64,000 nt of DNA, taken from NCBI GenBank assembly GCA_041661265.1, contig JBAZUT010000002.1, forward strand, positions 12,316-76,315, given 5' to 3'. The position numbers and the translations under genes were made by a program. Numbering within the stretch: the stretch's first letter is position 1; each line of letters begins with the position of its first letter. This document shows, in pieces, positions 52,156 through 60,796 of the stretch. The notes beneath the pieces are model-generated. The model was not told the DNA's origin and ran no database searches. It was given only the letters and a program-made list of their open reading frames with translations. The stretch comes from Minisyncoccota bacterium. GTDB lineage: Bacteria; Patescibacteriota; Minisyncoccia; JAHIHE01; JAGLIN01.

Positions 52156-52323
52156 ATCTTCGCTTCCTCCTTTTTCCTTGTAAGCATGATCAATACATTG
52201 ATTTCAAGGTGCTTTCCTTTGAAGTCCCTCTCTGCCATGCTGTTTATCTTAAACAGTATGGCGGAAAGAGAGGCAATCGGTCATCGTTTTTTTTCGATGG
52301 AATAATTGCCATTACATTGTTAT
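52156..52323. repeat. Structured intergenic element, copy H
   Basis: Identical to copy B through ATTGCC. Confidence 0.9.
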
Positions 52324-53154
52324 TCACACCACTTTCAAATACCAGTTACCTTTTTTGTCCAATATGGACATGATCTTCTTTCCACTCAATTCGGTCTTCA
52401 GCTTTTCAAGCCCGTATATAAAGCTTTTTTTATCCGAATAAATGATGATCCTATCCCATTTTTCAATGATCTCCGGAATCTGGCTTTTCTCGATCAAGAA
52501 GCCTGTCTTTTCAAGCATCTCGATCAATCTGGCATTATCCGGGATCATTTTATAAAGAGTCCGGTCTTTCTGTGCCGATACCCATACCCACTTATAGATC
52601 CCGATTCCCAATGCTTCCTCGTGGGCATTTGCGTTTTTTATAACCAAGCCGAGTATCGCTCCGGAATCCATAACGGTGCAGCCCTGTACGAGCGACCGGT
52701 CGAATGAAATATCCGATCGGATGTCATTTATTTTTATTACGGGTATGCTTTCGACTTTCTTCTTGTCTTCTTCGATCTCGTTGATCTTCCTGTTGATCTC
52801 CTTGATCTTCCTGCCGATCTTTTCAATTTCAACTTTTTTGTCCTTCGAAAGCATCATCTCCAGAACCGGCCAGGTCATTGATTCGATCGGCGGATAGCCG
52901 TCGATCTTGATGCTCGGGTCGTTATATTCCCAAAACCCGGTAGCCGCGAAATAAACGGCTTTTCCCAATTGACTCAGTCCATCTTCAAGGCTCATCGCAG
53001 TTTCTCTGGATCCGGCATCAACCTTTTCCGCCAAAATATCATTTGGTAAAAAGATGTAATATTTCCCATTCTTGGCTCCTTTAACATATTTCTCAAAGAG
53101 ATTGCTCAGTCCCTTAAACAGATTGGCATCTTTTTTCTTTTCGATCTTCAACAT
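52324..53154 (-). CDS. Array paralog P10 (N + C)
   Basis: Start reassigned to MLKIEKK (ATG at 53154, RBS at 53161-53167). Confidence 0.85.
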   Translation of the reverse strand: MLKIEKKKDANLFKGLSNLFEKYVKGAKNGKYYIFLPNDILAEKVDAGSRETAMSLEDGLSQLGKAVYFAATGFWEYNDPSIKIDGYPPIESMTWPVLEMMLSKDKKVEIEKIGRKIKEINRKINEIEEDKKKVESIPVIKINDIRSDISFDRSLVQGCTVMDSGAILGLVIKNANAHEEALGIGIYKWVWVSAQKDRTLYKMIPDNARLIEMLEKTGFLIEKSQIPEIIEKWDRIIIYSDKKSFIYGLEKLKTELSGKKIMSILDKKGNWYLKVV

Positions 53155-53312
53155 CGCATATTCCTCCTCTGTCTTTTCCAATAGTCTGAACTAGTATCTT
53201 CATTTCAAGGTGCTTTCCAAAAGTCCCTCGCTGTCATACTGTTCGCTCTGAACGGTCTGACGGAAAGAGAGGCAATGCCGGACGCCGCTTTCATGGCTGA
53301 CCGGAATTGCCG
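53155..53312. repeat. Structured intergenic element, copy I (first in transcription order, just after the AAA gene)
   Basis: CTGTCATACTGTTC-GCTCT-GAACGGTCTGACGG; GGCAAT-29nt-ATTGCC. Confidence 0.88.
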
Positions 53313-53354
53313 AAATGTTCTATATATTTTCTTTTTAAGCTCAGAATGAGCATT

Positions 53355-55172
53355 TTATGTTTTCACTCCCGAGCCTGCACCATTCAACTCGGCTTCTGCA
53401 TCATTCAATATCTTCTCCCAATTCTCCGGCCGAAGATGCTTTGAGCTTCCTCTGATCGCAAGCACGATCTGCTTGTTTATTTCCTGCGGATCAAGGCTTC
53501 TTTCCCATTCCTCAATGGCCTGGTAAAGATTCGCTTCTCTTACGGAAGCGCCTCCTTCTCTGGCGGATATCCTATCCGCTTCAAGGACCATCCATTCCAC
53601 ATCCGCTCCGGTAACATATTTCTTTTCCACCAGCAGACGGGCAAATTTCGAAAAGTCCCTGATCTCGGTCGGGATCCCGTATCGTGCGAACATCACGCTG
53701 AATATGTTCGGATATTCGTTCTCGATCGGCAAACCGAACGGAATTATTTCATCGGATCTGCCTTTTCTCTTATAGGCCGGATCGACAAGATCGGGCCGGT
53801 TGGTGATCCTCACCCAGATAACCTTTCCTCTTATGTCAGGCCTGGAACAGAATTCGAATTTCTTCTGCCTCAGGCGGTTGGAAACTCCGGAATCGCCGTT
53901 ATAAGCGTCGCGGCCTCCTTCCGACTGGTCGGCTTCGTCCTCGACGACGATCACCGGCGCAAGGTCTTCCAGGCAGGCAAGTATCATCTGCATATACCTT
54001 TCGGACTCTCCGACATACATATTGCGTGGATTTTGTATCTCAACGAAATTGAATCCGCATTCAAATGCCCAGCACTCGAATAGGAAGGTCTTTCCGGTTC
54101 CCGGAGGACCCGCCGCAAGTATGCCCATCGGAACACGCCTCATCATCCCTGCCAGAATATTGTCATTCACTTCGCGAAGATACCTCTTGACGTTTTCTTT
54201 TCCGCCGAAATAATTGAATCCCCACTTGGGAATCTTAATTTTTACGCGGTCACCGAATTCTTTTTCAAGGATCGTCTTTTTTTCCTCCTTTATCAGGTCC
54301 AGGCTCAAAGGGACCTTGCTGTAGGAAGCTTGCTCATAAATGCCTTTGATCTGTTTTACGGACAAGCCCGACGTGCAGATGCCCAGCATTTGCGCGTTTA
54401 CATTGCTTTCCACATTTATCCTTTTTTGCCCGATAAGTTCCTGCCAAAGCTTGACTCTTTCCTCCATATTGGGTTTTGGGATCCGAATGGCGGGGATATC
54501 TGTCTGAGTGGACCTCAATGGTTCGGCCAGATCACCTATATTCGGCGTGATCAATATCATAGTGTTCCCTGTCGCGCCAACATCCCTGTCCTGAGCCAAT
54601 CGCTCCAAAGTTTCCACGACCAGACGGTCCTGAATGCTCTGATGAGCCGATGCGGCCGGAACCAGGTTGTGGGCGAAAGATATTATCACGACTTTTTTCA
54701 GGATATTTCCTGAAATATCAAGTTTTTCCGCCGTCTTCTTTTCGATCCTTGAAACCAGAAGATTGTCCCTCATGATCCTGGCAAGCAGCGGCAAAACGAT
54801 CTCCGGCGTCTTTCCTCCGATCAATTCGTCGATGGAAAGCTCATTCGCGGATCTTTGCTGCACTCCGATCGCCTTATTTTGCGCTGCGGTTGTCCGGGGC
54901 GCCATGCTTTGATCTTCGAGCAGATATTGCTGCCTGAATATTTTCTCCATATCTTCATTGGGAAATCGTATCCCTGTCGAAATGGAATAGAGAATAACCA
55001 TCCTCTGCCTGAAATATTCCTCTGCAAGCTCCTGATCCAGGGTGACATAGTCGCCCTTCATGTTCTTCTGAAAATCTCCTGTATTCCCCCATATAACAAG
55101 AAGGTTTGTTCCGAGAGCTAAATTTCTCATCAGCTCATCTTGCCACACCATAACATCATCTCCTTTTTGCAT
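53355..55172 (-). CDS. AAA+ ATPase (Ycf46/CDC48-like; degenerate first module, intact second)
   Basis: GPPGTGKT, VVEDEAD, TNRPDLVDPAYKRKGRSD, TGADVE. Confidence 0.9.
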   Translation of the reverse strand: MQKGDDVMVWQDELMRNLALGTNLLVIWGNTGDFQKNMKGDYVTLDQELAEEYFRQRMVILYSISTGIRFPNEDMEKIFRQQYLLEDQSMAPRTTAAQNKAIGVQQRSANELSIDELIGGKTPEIVLPLLARIMRDNLLVSRIEKKTAEKLDISGNILKKVVIISFAHNLVPAASAHQSIQDRLVVETLERLAQDRDVGATGNTMILITPNIGDLAEPLRSTQTDIPAIRIPKPNMEERVKLWQELIGQKRINVESNVNAQMLGICTSGLSVKQIKGIYEQASYSKVPLSLDLIKEEKKTILEKEFGDRVKIKIPKWGFNYFGGKENVKRYLREVNDNILAGMMRRVPMGILAAGPPGTGKTFLFECWAFECGFNFVEIQNPRNMYVGESERYMQMILACLEDLAPVIVVEDEADQSEGGRDAYNGDSGVSNRLRQKKFEFCSRPDIRGKVIWVRITNRPDLVDPAYKRKGRSDEIIPFGLPIENEYPNIFSVMFARYGIPTEIRDFSKFARLLVEKKYVTGADVEWMVLEADRISAREGGASVREANLYQAIEEWERSLDPQEINKQIVLAIRGSSKHLRPENWEKILNDAEAELNGAGSGVKT

Positions 55173-55190
55173 TTTTTTTCTTTCCTTCCA

Positions 55191-55322
55191 TTATCCGCAC
55201 ATCCCTTCATAGTTCACCTTCACTTCTATCCCGACTGCCTGCAAGATATCCCGCAGAAAATGAGAATCGTCATGAGAGCTGGCATTGATCTCTACGCGTC
55301 CTTCAAAAACACTGACGCTCAT
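55191..55322 (-). CDS. Small protein (43 aa) ending in CG
   Basis: MSVSVFEGRVEIN...EGMCG fills the gap between the DUF2997-like and AAA genes. Confidence 0.5.
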   Translation of the reverse strand: MSVSVFEGRVEINASSHDDSHFLRDILQAVGIEVKVNYEGMCG

Positions 55323-55326
55323 AAAT

Positions 55327-55536
55327 TCACGCGCGGATCTTTTCTTTTCCGACGACAGGTTCTTTTTCTTTTTCTTTTCTTCTTCCGTTCTGGACATCTG
55401 TTTCAACTCCCATTTTTTCAAGCAATGACCTGATTTTAAGCTCTTCATAGTCGCACGTTTTGTTCGGAAATCCTTCGAAATCCATCTCGATCTTCCCGTC
55501 TTTTAGCCTGATAGCAACCTTTCTCATTTCATTCAC
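55327..55536 (-). CDS. DUF2997-like small protein
   Basis: IRLKDGKIEMDFEGFPNKTC...LLEKMG. Confidence 0.65.
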   Translation of the reverse strand: MNEMRKVAIRLKDGKIEMDFEGFPNKTCDYEELKIRSLLEKMGVETDVQNGRRKEKEKEPVVGKEKIRA

Positions 55537-56041
55537 CAGCTTTCATCCCGACGACATTGAAGCTTTGTCTGCCGTCGCCTATCGAATATTTCTCAGTCGG
55601 TTCGATCCTGTATCCGAGAATTTCAAGAGCGGCTTTCGCGGCTTCGAGAAGATATGCATCCGTGAACATCTTCTTGAGGCGCATTATCTCTTCTTTCCAT
55701 TCGCTCCTGTATTCGTCAGCAGCGAACCGGACCACTCCGTTCTTCATTGTTATTCCCAAACCATTTGGAAGCTTTGAAGTTTTCAGCGCGCCGATGATCT
55801 TCTGACCGCCAAAGGACTTGGTTTCATTGCGGCCAAAGTCGCAAATATGGTCCGTGATCTCGACTCCCTGGCTTTCCAAGGTTTTGAAAGCGCCCTGTAT
55901 GCATTCCTCGATGACATCATCAAGCTCCAGATCTTCTATGATCTTTGCGAATTTGGGGTCTTTCAGCCGAAGCTCGTTCAGCATTTCATTCATGTTCTCC
56001 GTTGCGCTCAATTGAGCGTTCATCCATACGATCTTACTCAT
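55529..56041 (-). CDS. DUF1257/Ycf35-like protein
   Basis: MSKI start, ALEILGY near the end, and context beside DUF2997 and the AAA gene. Confidence 0.5.
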   Translation of the reverse strand: MSKIVWMNAQLSATENMNEMLNELRLKDPKFAKIIEDLELDDVIEECIQGAFKTLESQGVEITDHICDFGRNETKSFGGQKIIGALKTSKLPNGLGITMKNGVVRFAADEYRSEWKEEIMRLKKMFTDAYLLEAAKAALEILGYRIEPTEKYSIGDGRQSFNVVGMKAGE

Positions 56042-56077
56042 AAATCCTTCCTCCTGTAAACGTTCCTTGTTTGCCGG

Positions 56078-56236
56078 TTTTTAAAGTGCAATTTCGATTG
56101 CGCGATGTTTTGAATATCGCCTGATATGCCAATGGTGCTTGGCATGCGAAAAATTCCAGACTAAACCGGCTGTTTTTCGCTTTGTTAAAGTTAAACTTTA
56201 ACTAAACAAACTAGCATTATTTGAATAAATTGTCAA
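56078..56236 (-). promoter_or_regulatory. Promoter and boxA-like leader of the AAA/array transcript
   Basis: TTGACA-17-TAGTTT (56236-56208); GCACTTTAAAAA (56089-56078). Confidence 0.55.
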
Positions 56237-56361
56237 TAATCGGCAGGACTGGCAATAAATGCTCGCCTTTTTTAAAATATCACAAGGCGATATCAGGGAA
56301 AACGAAAGATCGATAATGCCTGAAAACCGCTATTTTAATAAAAAAATCCCCTATTTCAGTT

Positions 56362-57729
56362 TTACTGCAATAGGGGCCTAAGTTCAACCTTATCTTCGGC
56401 TTTTTCGCCATAAGATGCGATCGCTATTTTAATCTTTAATTCACTTTCTAGAAAGTGTATATATTCAGCTTTTTTCACCGTTTGGTAGATCGGTCTGCAT
56501 AACTTGAGAAGTTCTGCGAGTTTGCCTTGGTGTTCGGAAGAGGTCTTTGCGGGAAAATTAATATTTTTTATCATTATTTTTCCACTTGTTTCTTCGAACT
56601 CGAAGTATTCCTGCAGCGATGCATCTTTTTTTCCGCAGTATTCATAGGCCTCGCACACCCTGATCTTTTCAAAATCAAGACGGTCAAGGTTTGTAAGTGC
56701 GACACAATTAATTTTTCCTGCTACCCTCAGAGCATACCTTGACGCCACCAGATCAAACCATCCGATGCGAAATTCACCCTGCCATTCATTTGTGATGTTA
56801 TGCGTGTCCGGTATCTTTCCGGTCAGCCATTTATTGTATGTTACAAACGGACCTGCGCCATGCCGGGTGCTATACGCCCGGATAACTCCGATCTTGACGA
56901 CCTTCCCTTGAAGTCCCATGGACCCGATCAGCTCTTCTGCATTGGCGAAAGTAGTGCACGAATGCGTTATGTGAGGATAGAATCCCCTTTTTTCATCAAG
57001 GAGAACTCCCTGCGCCCCTTCGAAGACGACACTTCCGGAAATTTCAGCTCCTTTTTTCTTGCCGATTTTCAGCGCTTTAGAAAAACTGGAGTAATACGAG
57101 GCTAGTCTTCCGACGTATTTTTCATCTTTCAGATTCCCCAGAAGCTCCTGCAGTTTTGAATTTTCCGGCTGCTCGGAAGCAATTTGCTCCGCAATATCTG
57201 TCTTCATGCGCCATAGAAAATCCAGCTTTGTCTGAAGTGTTTCCGGATCCGAAAGGTCCTTCGCCCGAAGAGCCATTTCTCCATAATTTCTTCCGTCCTT
57301 CACCGCCTCGCCGACTCCGAATCCGCAGCTTCCGTGTTTCTTATTGCCTCTTGAAATTTCCAGCATCTGATTGATAATGCCGTGAAATGGTGTCACTATG
57401 AGACAATCGGGATCGATCGAAACTAGCCACAAAGGACGTTTTACGCCTTTTTTCGCAAGTGAATTGGCTTCGTGTCCGAGCCGTACCGGATCAACCATCA
57501 CTTTATCGAAGAGATATGTACTTGCTCCTGAAAAAGTTCCTGATCCGTACTGCGCGAAACAATGAAGATATCCGTCGGAATTCACCACGTAATGCGCCGC
57601 TTGCGGCCCGCCATTATAACGGACAATTGATTTTATGTCATATCGTCTCGCAAGATAATCCACAATAGAACCCTTTCCTTCATCGCCGAAGCCCAAGCCC
57701 GCTACAATGAAGATCCTTTCTTCTTTCAT
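56362..57729 (-). CDS. Adenylosuccinate synthetase-like protein (divergent PurA)
   Basis: GLGFGDEGKG, RYNGGPQAAH, FEGAQG, RAYSTRHGAGPF, FRIGWFD. Confidence 0.85.
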   Translation of the reverse strand: MKEERIFIVAGLGFGDEGKGSIVDYLARRYDIKSIVRYNGGPQAAHYVVNSDGYLHCFAQYGSGTFSGASTYLFDKVMVDPVRLGHEANSLAKKGVKRPLWLVSIDPDCLIVTPFHGIINQMLEISRGNKKHGSCGFGVGEAVKDGRNYGEMALRAKDLSDPETLQTKLDFLWRMKTDIAEQIASEQPENSKLQELLGNLKDEKYVGRLASYYSSFSKALKIGKKKGAEISGSVVFEGAQGVLLDEKRGFYPHITHSCTTFANAEELIGSMGLQGKVVKIGVIRAYSTRHGAGPFVTYNKWLTGKIPDTHNITNEWQGEFRIGWFDLVASRYALRVAGKINCVALTNLDRLDFEKIRVCEAYEYCGKKDASLQEYFEFEETSGKIMIKNINFPAKTSSEHQGKLAELLKLCRPIYQTVKKAEYIHFLESELKIKIAIASYGEKAEDKVELRPLLQ

Positions 57730-57853
57730 ATCGCACCTCCGATTCGATCCGATATTCGATATATATTTTGTTCCTTATTCCATTCATCATTCCATAAAAA
57801 GTTATGCGGGGTTAAGCGCGAGCTCAACCCCGGCATGTTCTCATTTCAGTTCT

Positions 57854-59413
57854 TTATTGCAGTTTTGATGATTTGCTCTTTCTCTTTGTTCCTCCTCCGG
57901 GAACCAGCCGGTTTGAATCTATTTTCACAAGCTCCATACCCGTGCTCACCACGCCGGCAAGAGCCTTCCGGGTCTGGCTTCGTCTCAACTCTGTCTGGCC
58001 TCGTCCTTCCATATCCACGAGATACCCCTCGAGATCGACGTTTCCTTCCGCGATCGCAAGCGCACCCAGCATGACATCGACGATCCCTTTTGGATCTTCG
58101 CACATAAGGATGTTTTCCGCAGAGATCACATCGGCCCATTGAGCTTTTATAAGCTCATCGTTATAGCCCGCATACTTATCGGCGTCATTCTTCCTTTCTC
58201 TGGCCTTGCTCGGGTCAAAGTCGAATTCATGGACCTGGACATTGCTTGAAGAACCACTAAGCCCATCCGGAGTTCTTCCTTCAAAGTGCATGATGTCGTC
58301 GCCGACCTGCACCTCTACGCGAAATTCCGTTCCTTCAAGGCTCCGCTCATGAAAGGCGTAATTCTGGACATATATCTTATAATGTCCTTTCGGCGCCTTT
58401 CCCCTTGGCCATCTTACGTTTTCAACCGGCTTATCCGTATTGAAAGCGTCATTCTTATAGCCCTGAACGTTCATGTCCACATCAAGGAATCCTCCGCAAG
58501 GAGCCGGAGAATGGTTGTTCCGTTTGCAGTGCGAGCCATAAAAGATATGATGTCCGCATGGATCTATGATATGGATATCGAGGTCATTTCTCTTATTCCA
58601 GAGAAGTGATGCGCGTATATCCACATCGGCTGCATCATACATTCCGCCCGCTTCCTTGACCCGCTTTTCCATTTCCGCATCAATATCGGCCCTCCTCTCA
58701 TTCCACTTTTTCTGCGGGAATATGAGGAAAACATGATATTTTTGCTGCAGTTCCGCAAAGATCTGCTTCGAGTCGATATCCTCAGGCAGGTCATCTCCGA
58801 TCCATTTCTTCACCTGTTCCCTGGAAACTTTCGGATAGAATCCTTCGTCTCCCAGGAAGAACAGATAACCTTTCTTGCCTCGCTTGTTGGCATCCAGGAT
58901 CGTGTGTCGTGCGGCAAAATATGCCATTAGTTCATATGATTCCTGTCCTGTTCCGCCTCCGCCTTCTTCAAGCCATATCTTCGCCAGATTCTGATCAAGC
59001 CTGTTATCAGACTCAAACTGTCCGACCTGGATCGGCGCTTTATCGCAAGGGATCCCATTGGCCACGCTCGCATCGCCTACCGCTCCAAAACAGATCGTAG
59101 GATGAGAAACATAGTTCCTCATTATGGCCTGTCCGATGAACATCGGCAATTTTGCATATATGACCTTTGTGTCATCTCCTCGTGAACGCGTCACGTCAAA
59201 CGCCACGAATATCCCTGTAGTTTCGGGATGCTCGGGGCTGTCCCGGCATTCCCTGTTTTTCTTCTTTATATTCAGATCCTTATGGCATTCCCTTTTTGCA
59301 GGGTTCCGGGCAGCTTCGGAATCTCCGCCTTCATAACCCTCATAGGTGAACACCCTTCTTTCCGTAGATCTGGCTCTTTCGCCTACATCTCCGTTATAAT
59401 CTCCGCCTCCCAT
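57854..59413 (-). CDS. vWA-domain protein with an inserted YfaP/DUF2135-like domain
   Basis: MGGG start, FDVTRS MIDAS, QVGQFESD, EGGGG...ESYEL, GDE; insert LWNKRNDLDIH...GGFLDVDMN...VENVRW. Confidence 0.8.
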   Translation of the reverse strand: MGGGDYNGDVGERARSTERRVFTYEGYEGGDSEAARNPAKRECHKDLNIKKKNRECRDSPEHPETTGIFVAFDVTRSRGDDTKVIYAKLPMFIGQAIMRNYVSHPTICFGAVGDASVANGIPCDKAPIQVGQFESDNRLDQNLAKIWLEEGGGGTGQESYELMAYFAARHTILDANKRGKKGYLFFLGDEGFYPKVSREQVKKWIGDDLPEDIDSKQIFAELQQKYHVFLIFPQKKWNERRADIDAEMEKRVKEAGGMYDAADVDIRASLLWNKRNDLDIHIIDPCGHHIFYGSHCKRNNHSPAPCGGFLDVDMNVQGYKNDAFNTDKPVENVRWPRGKAPKGHYKIYVQNYAFHERSLEGTEFRVEVQVGDDIMHFEGRTPDGLSGSSSNVQVHEFDFDPSKARERKNDADKYAGYNDELIKAQWADVISAENILMCEDPKGIVDVMLGALAIAEGNVDLEGYLVDMEGRGQTELRRSQTRKALAGVVSTGMELVKIDSNRLVPGGGTKRKSKSSKLQ

Positions 59414-59417
59414 ATTC

Positions 59418-60557
59418 TTACCTCCATTGTATTATTTTTTTCTTCATTTTCAATTCCTCAAATCTTTCCGATCCCCAGATCTTTTTCCGAAGATCTCTCA
59501 ATTGCGCATGCATTTCCCAGGCATCATTGGCCCTCTGAATGGGGCTTTCCATTACAAAGAACCTGATGAACCTCTGGAATCTCTCATCCACCGAGCCGGG
59601 CATGGTATTCGTCCTGATGTCTCCACCAAGCGCATATATCATGCATTTTCCGATGGAATAAAGATCAGATGACGGGGTAGGACGCTTTCCCTGTTTCACT
59701 TCCGGAGCGCTATAGTCTTCATCATAATATTTGAAGCTTTCTCCGGTATGGAAAGGATCTCGTGTCGCATAACTCCAGTCAACGATCATTACATTATCGT
59801 CTCGAGGACGCGACATTATGTGTGAAGGATTGATCTTGTTGTGAGTCCAATCCGTACTATGTGAATATCCGATAGCGCTTAGGGTCCTATCAAATATCCA
59901 CGCCACATGCCTCTGATGTATTCCGTTCTTATATTCCTCACGCATTGAGTAAAGATCGTATCCGTCGAAACTCTCCAGAATAAGGCCAGGTTTGTGATCA
60001 GTTGTTCTGAATTGGTCGATCAAAACCGGAAAATGCTTGCTTTGCTTGCTTCGTTGCGAATTAAGGAACTTTAATATCCTTACTTCGTTTTGCATCAAAA
60101 CATCATCGGCCGGATCTATGACCACCTTAAACTTGACGGGTATCGAAGCATTCTCACCTTTCACACAGATTCCTGAATAGATCAGCGAAATATCTCCTTC
60201 CGCCTCTTTCGGCAACTTCATATGATATTCACGATTCTGCCTCTTAAAGACAATTACTTCTTCTTCCGATGAGTCCTGTTCTGACGAACCGCCGTTTGCT
60301 TCCCGCTCGATCATTAGATCGGCTTCTTTCCGGAAAACGTTCAGCATCTTGAATGCTTCTTCTGCCATCTTGAAAACATTGTCGTTATATCTGAAATGGT
60401 CAGGAAAGACGAACTTCGTCTTTTCTACATAGATTTCCCTGACTTTTTTCAGACGGACGGCGACATCTTCGCCTGACAAATTTCCGAAAATATCTTCCGG
60501 AGACTTTGCACGTTGAAGTTCCGCATGTATAGCCTTCAATTCTTCCTCTTTGTTCAT
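59418..60557 (-). CDS. J-domain-like + atypical Ser/Thr kinase-fold protein
   Basis: FPD...AEEAFKML (HPD variant); NEVRIL, HNKINPSH, DWS, SAPEV, SDLYSIG. Confidence 0.8.
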   Translation of the reverse strand: MNKEEELKAIHAELQRAKSPEDIFGNLSGEDVAVRLKKVREIYVEKTKFVFPDHFRYNDNVFKMAEEAFKMLNVFRKEADLMIEREANGGSSEQDSSEEEVIVFKRQNREYHMKLPKEAEGDISLIYSGICVKGENASIPVKFKVVIDPADDVLMQNEVRILKFLNSQRSKQSKHFPVLIDQFRTTDHKPGLILESFDGYDLYSMREEYKNGIHQRHVAWIFDRTLSAIGYSHSTDWTHNKINPSHIMSRPRDDNVMIVDWSYATRDPFHTGESFKYYDEDYSAPEVKQGKRPTPSSDLYSIGKCMIYALGGDIRTNTMPGSVDERFQRFIRFFVMESPIQRANDAWEMHAQLRDLRKKIWGSERFEELKMKKKIIQWR

Positions 60558-60796
60558 TTTTTCACCTCTTCAACATTATTCATTTCTCTGATCCTTACAG
60601 AGCATATCTTTCTTTCTGTCACATCATTCTATACACCTCGAGTTGTTAAAGTACGTTCCTCAGGATAACATTGATCTTCGCTATCCTGCTGAAAGGCAAT
60701 CACGTTTACATTGATTATCTTTCAGCAATCAACGAGATCATAGATTGAAAAATATTTGGCGGAACAGTTCGTTCTGCTCCGCCGCCTGTTTGTTTC

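Noticed and set aside
42523-52373. Recurrent + strand ORFs (e.g. ...DQYIDFKVLSFEVPL...) spanning the elements
   Set aside because: By-products of the nucleotide repeat; frames and ends are inconsistent between copies, and they are antisense to real genes.
41810-53154. DGR or retron encoded in this window
   Set aside because: No reverse transcriptase and no TR/VR pair with adenine-specific differences; the gene 3' ends are broadly divergent.
42686-53312. CRISPR array interpretation of the repeated element
   Set aside because: Repeats are ~160 nt and separated by whole genes; no cas1/cas2 or effector genes; the variable cores are self-complementary and some are duplicated.
42686-53312. Classical integron attC sites
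   Set aside because: No RYYYAAC/GTTRRRY cores, no intI in the window, and the cassettes are paralogs. Only the bottom-strand folding analogy is kept.
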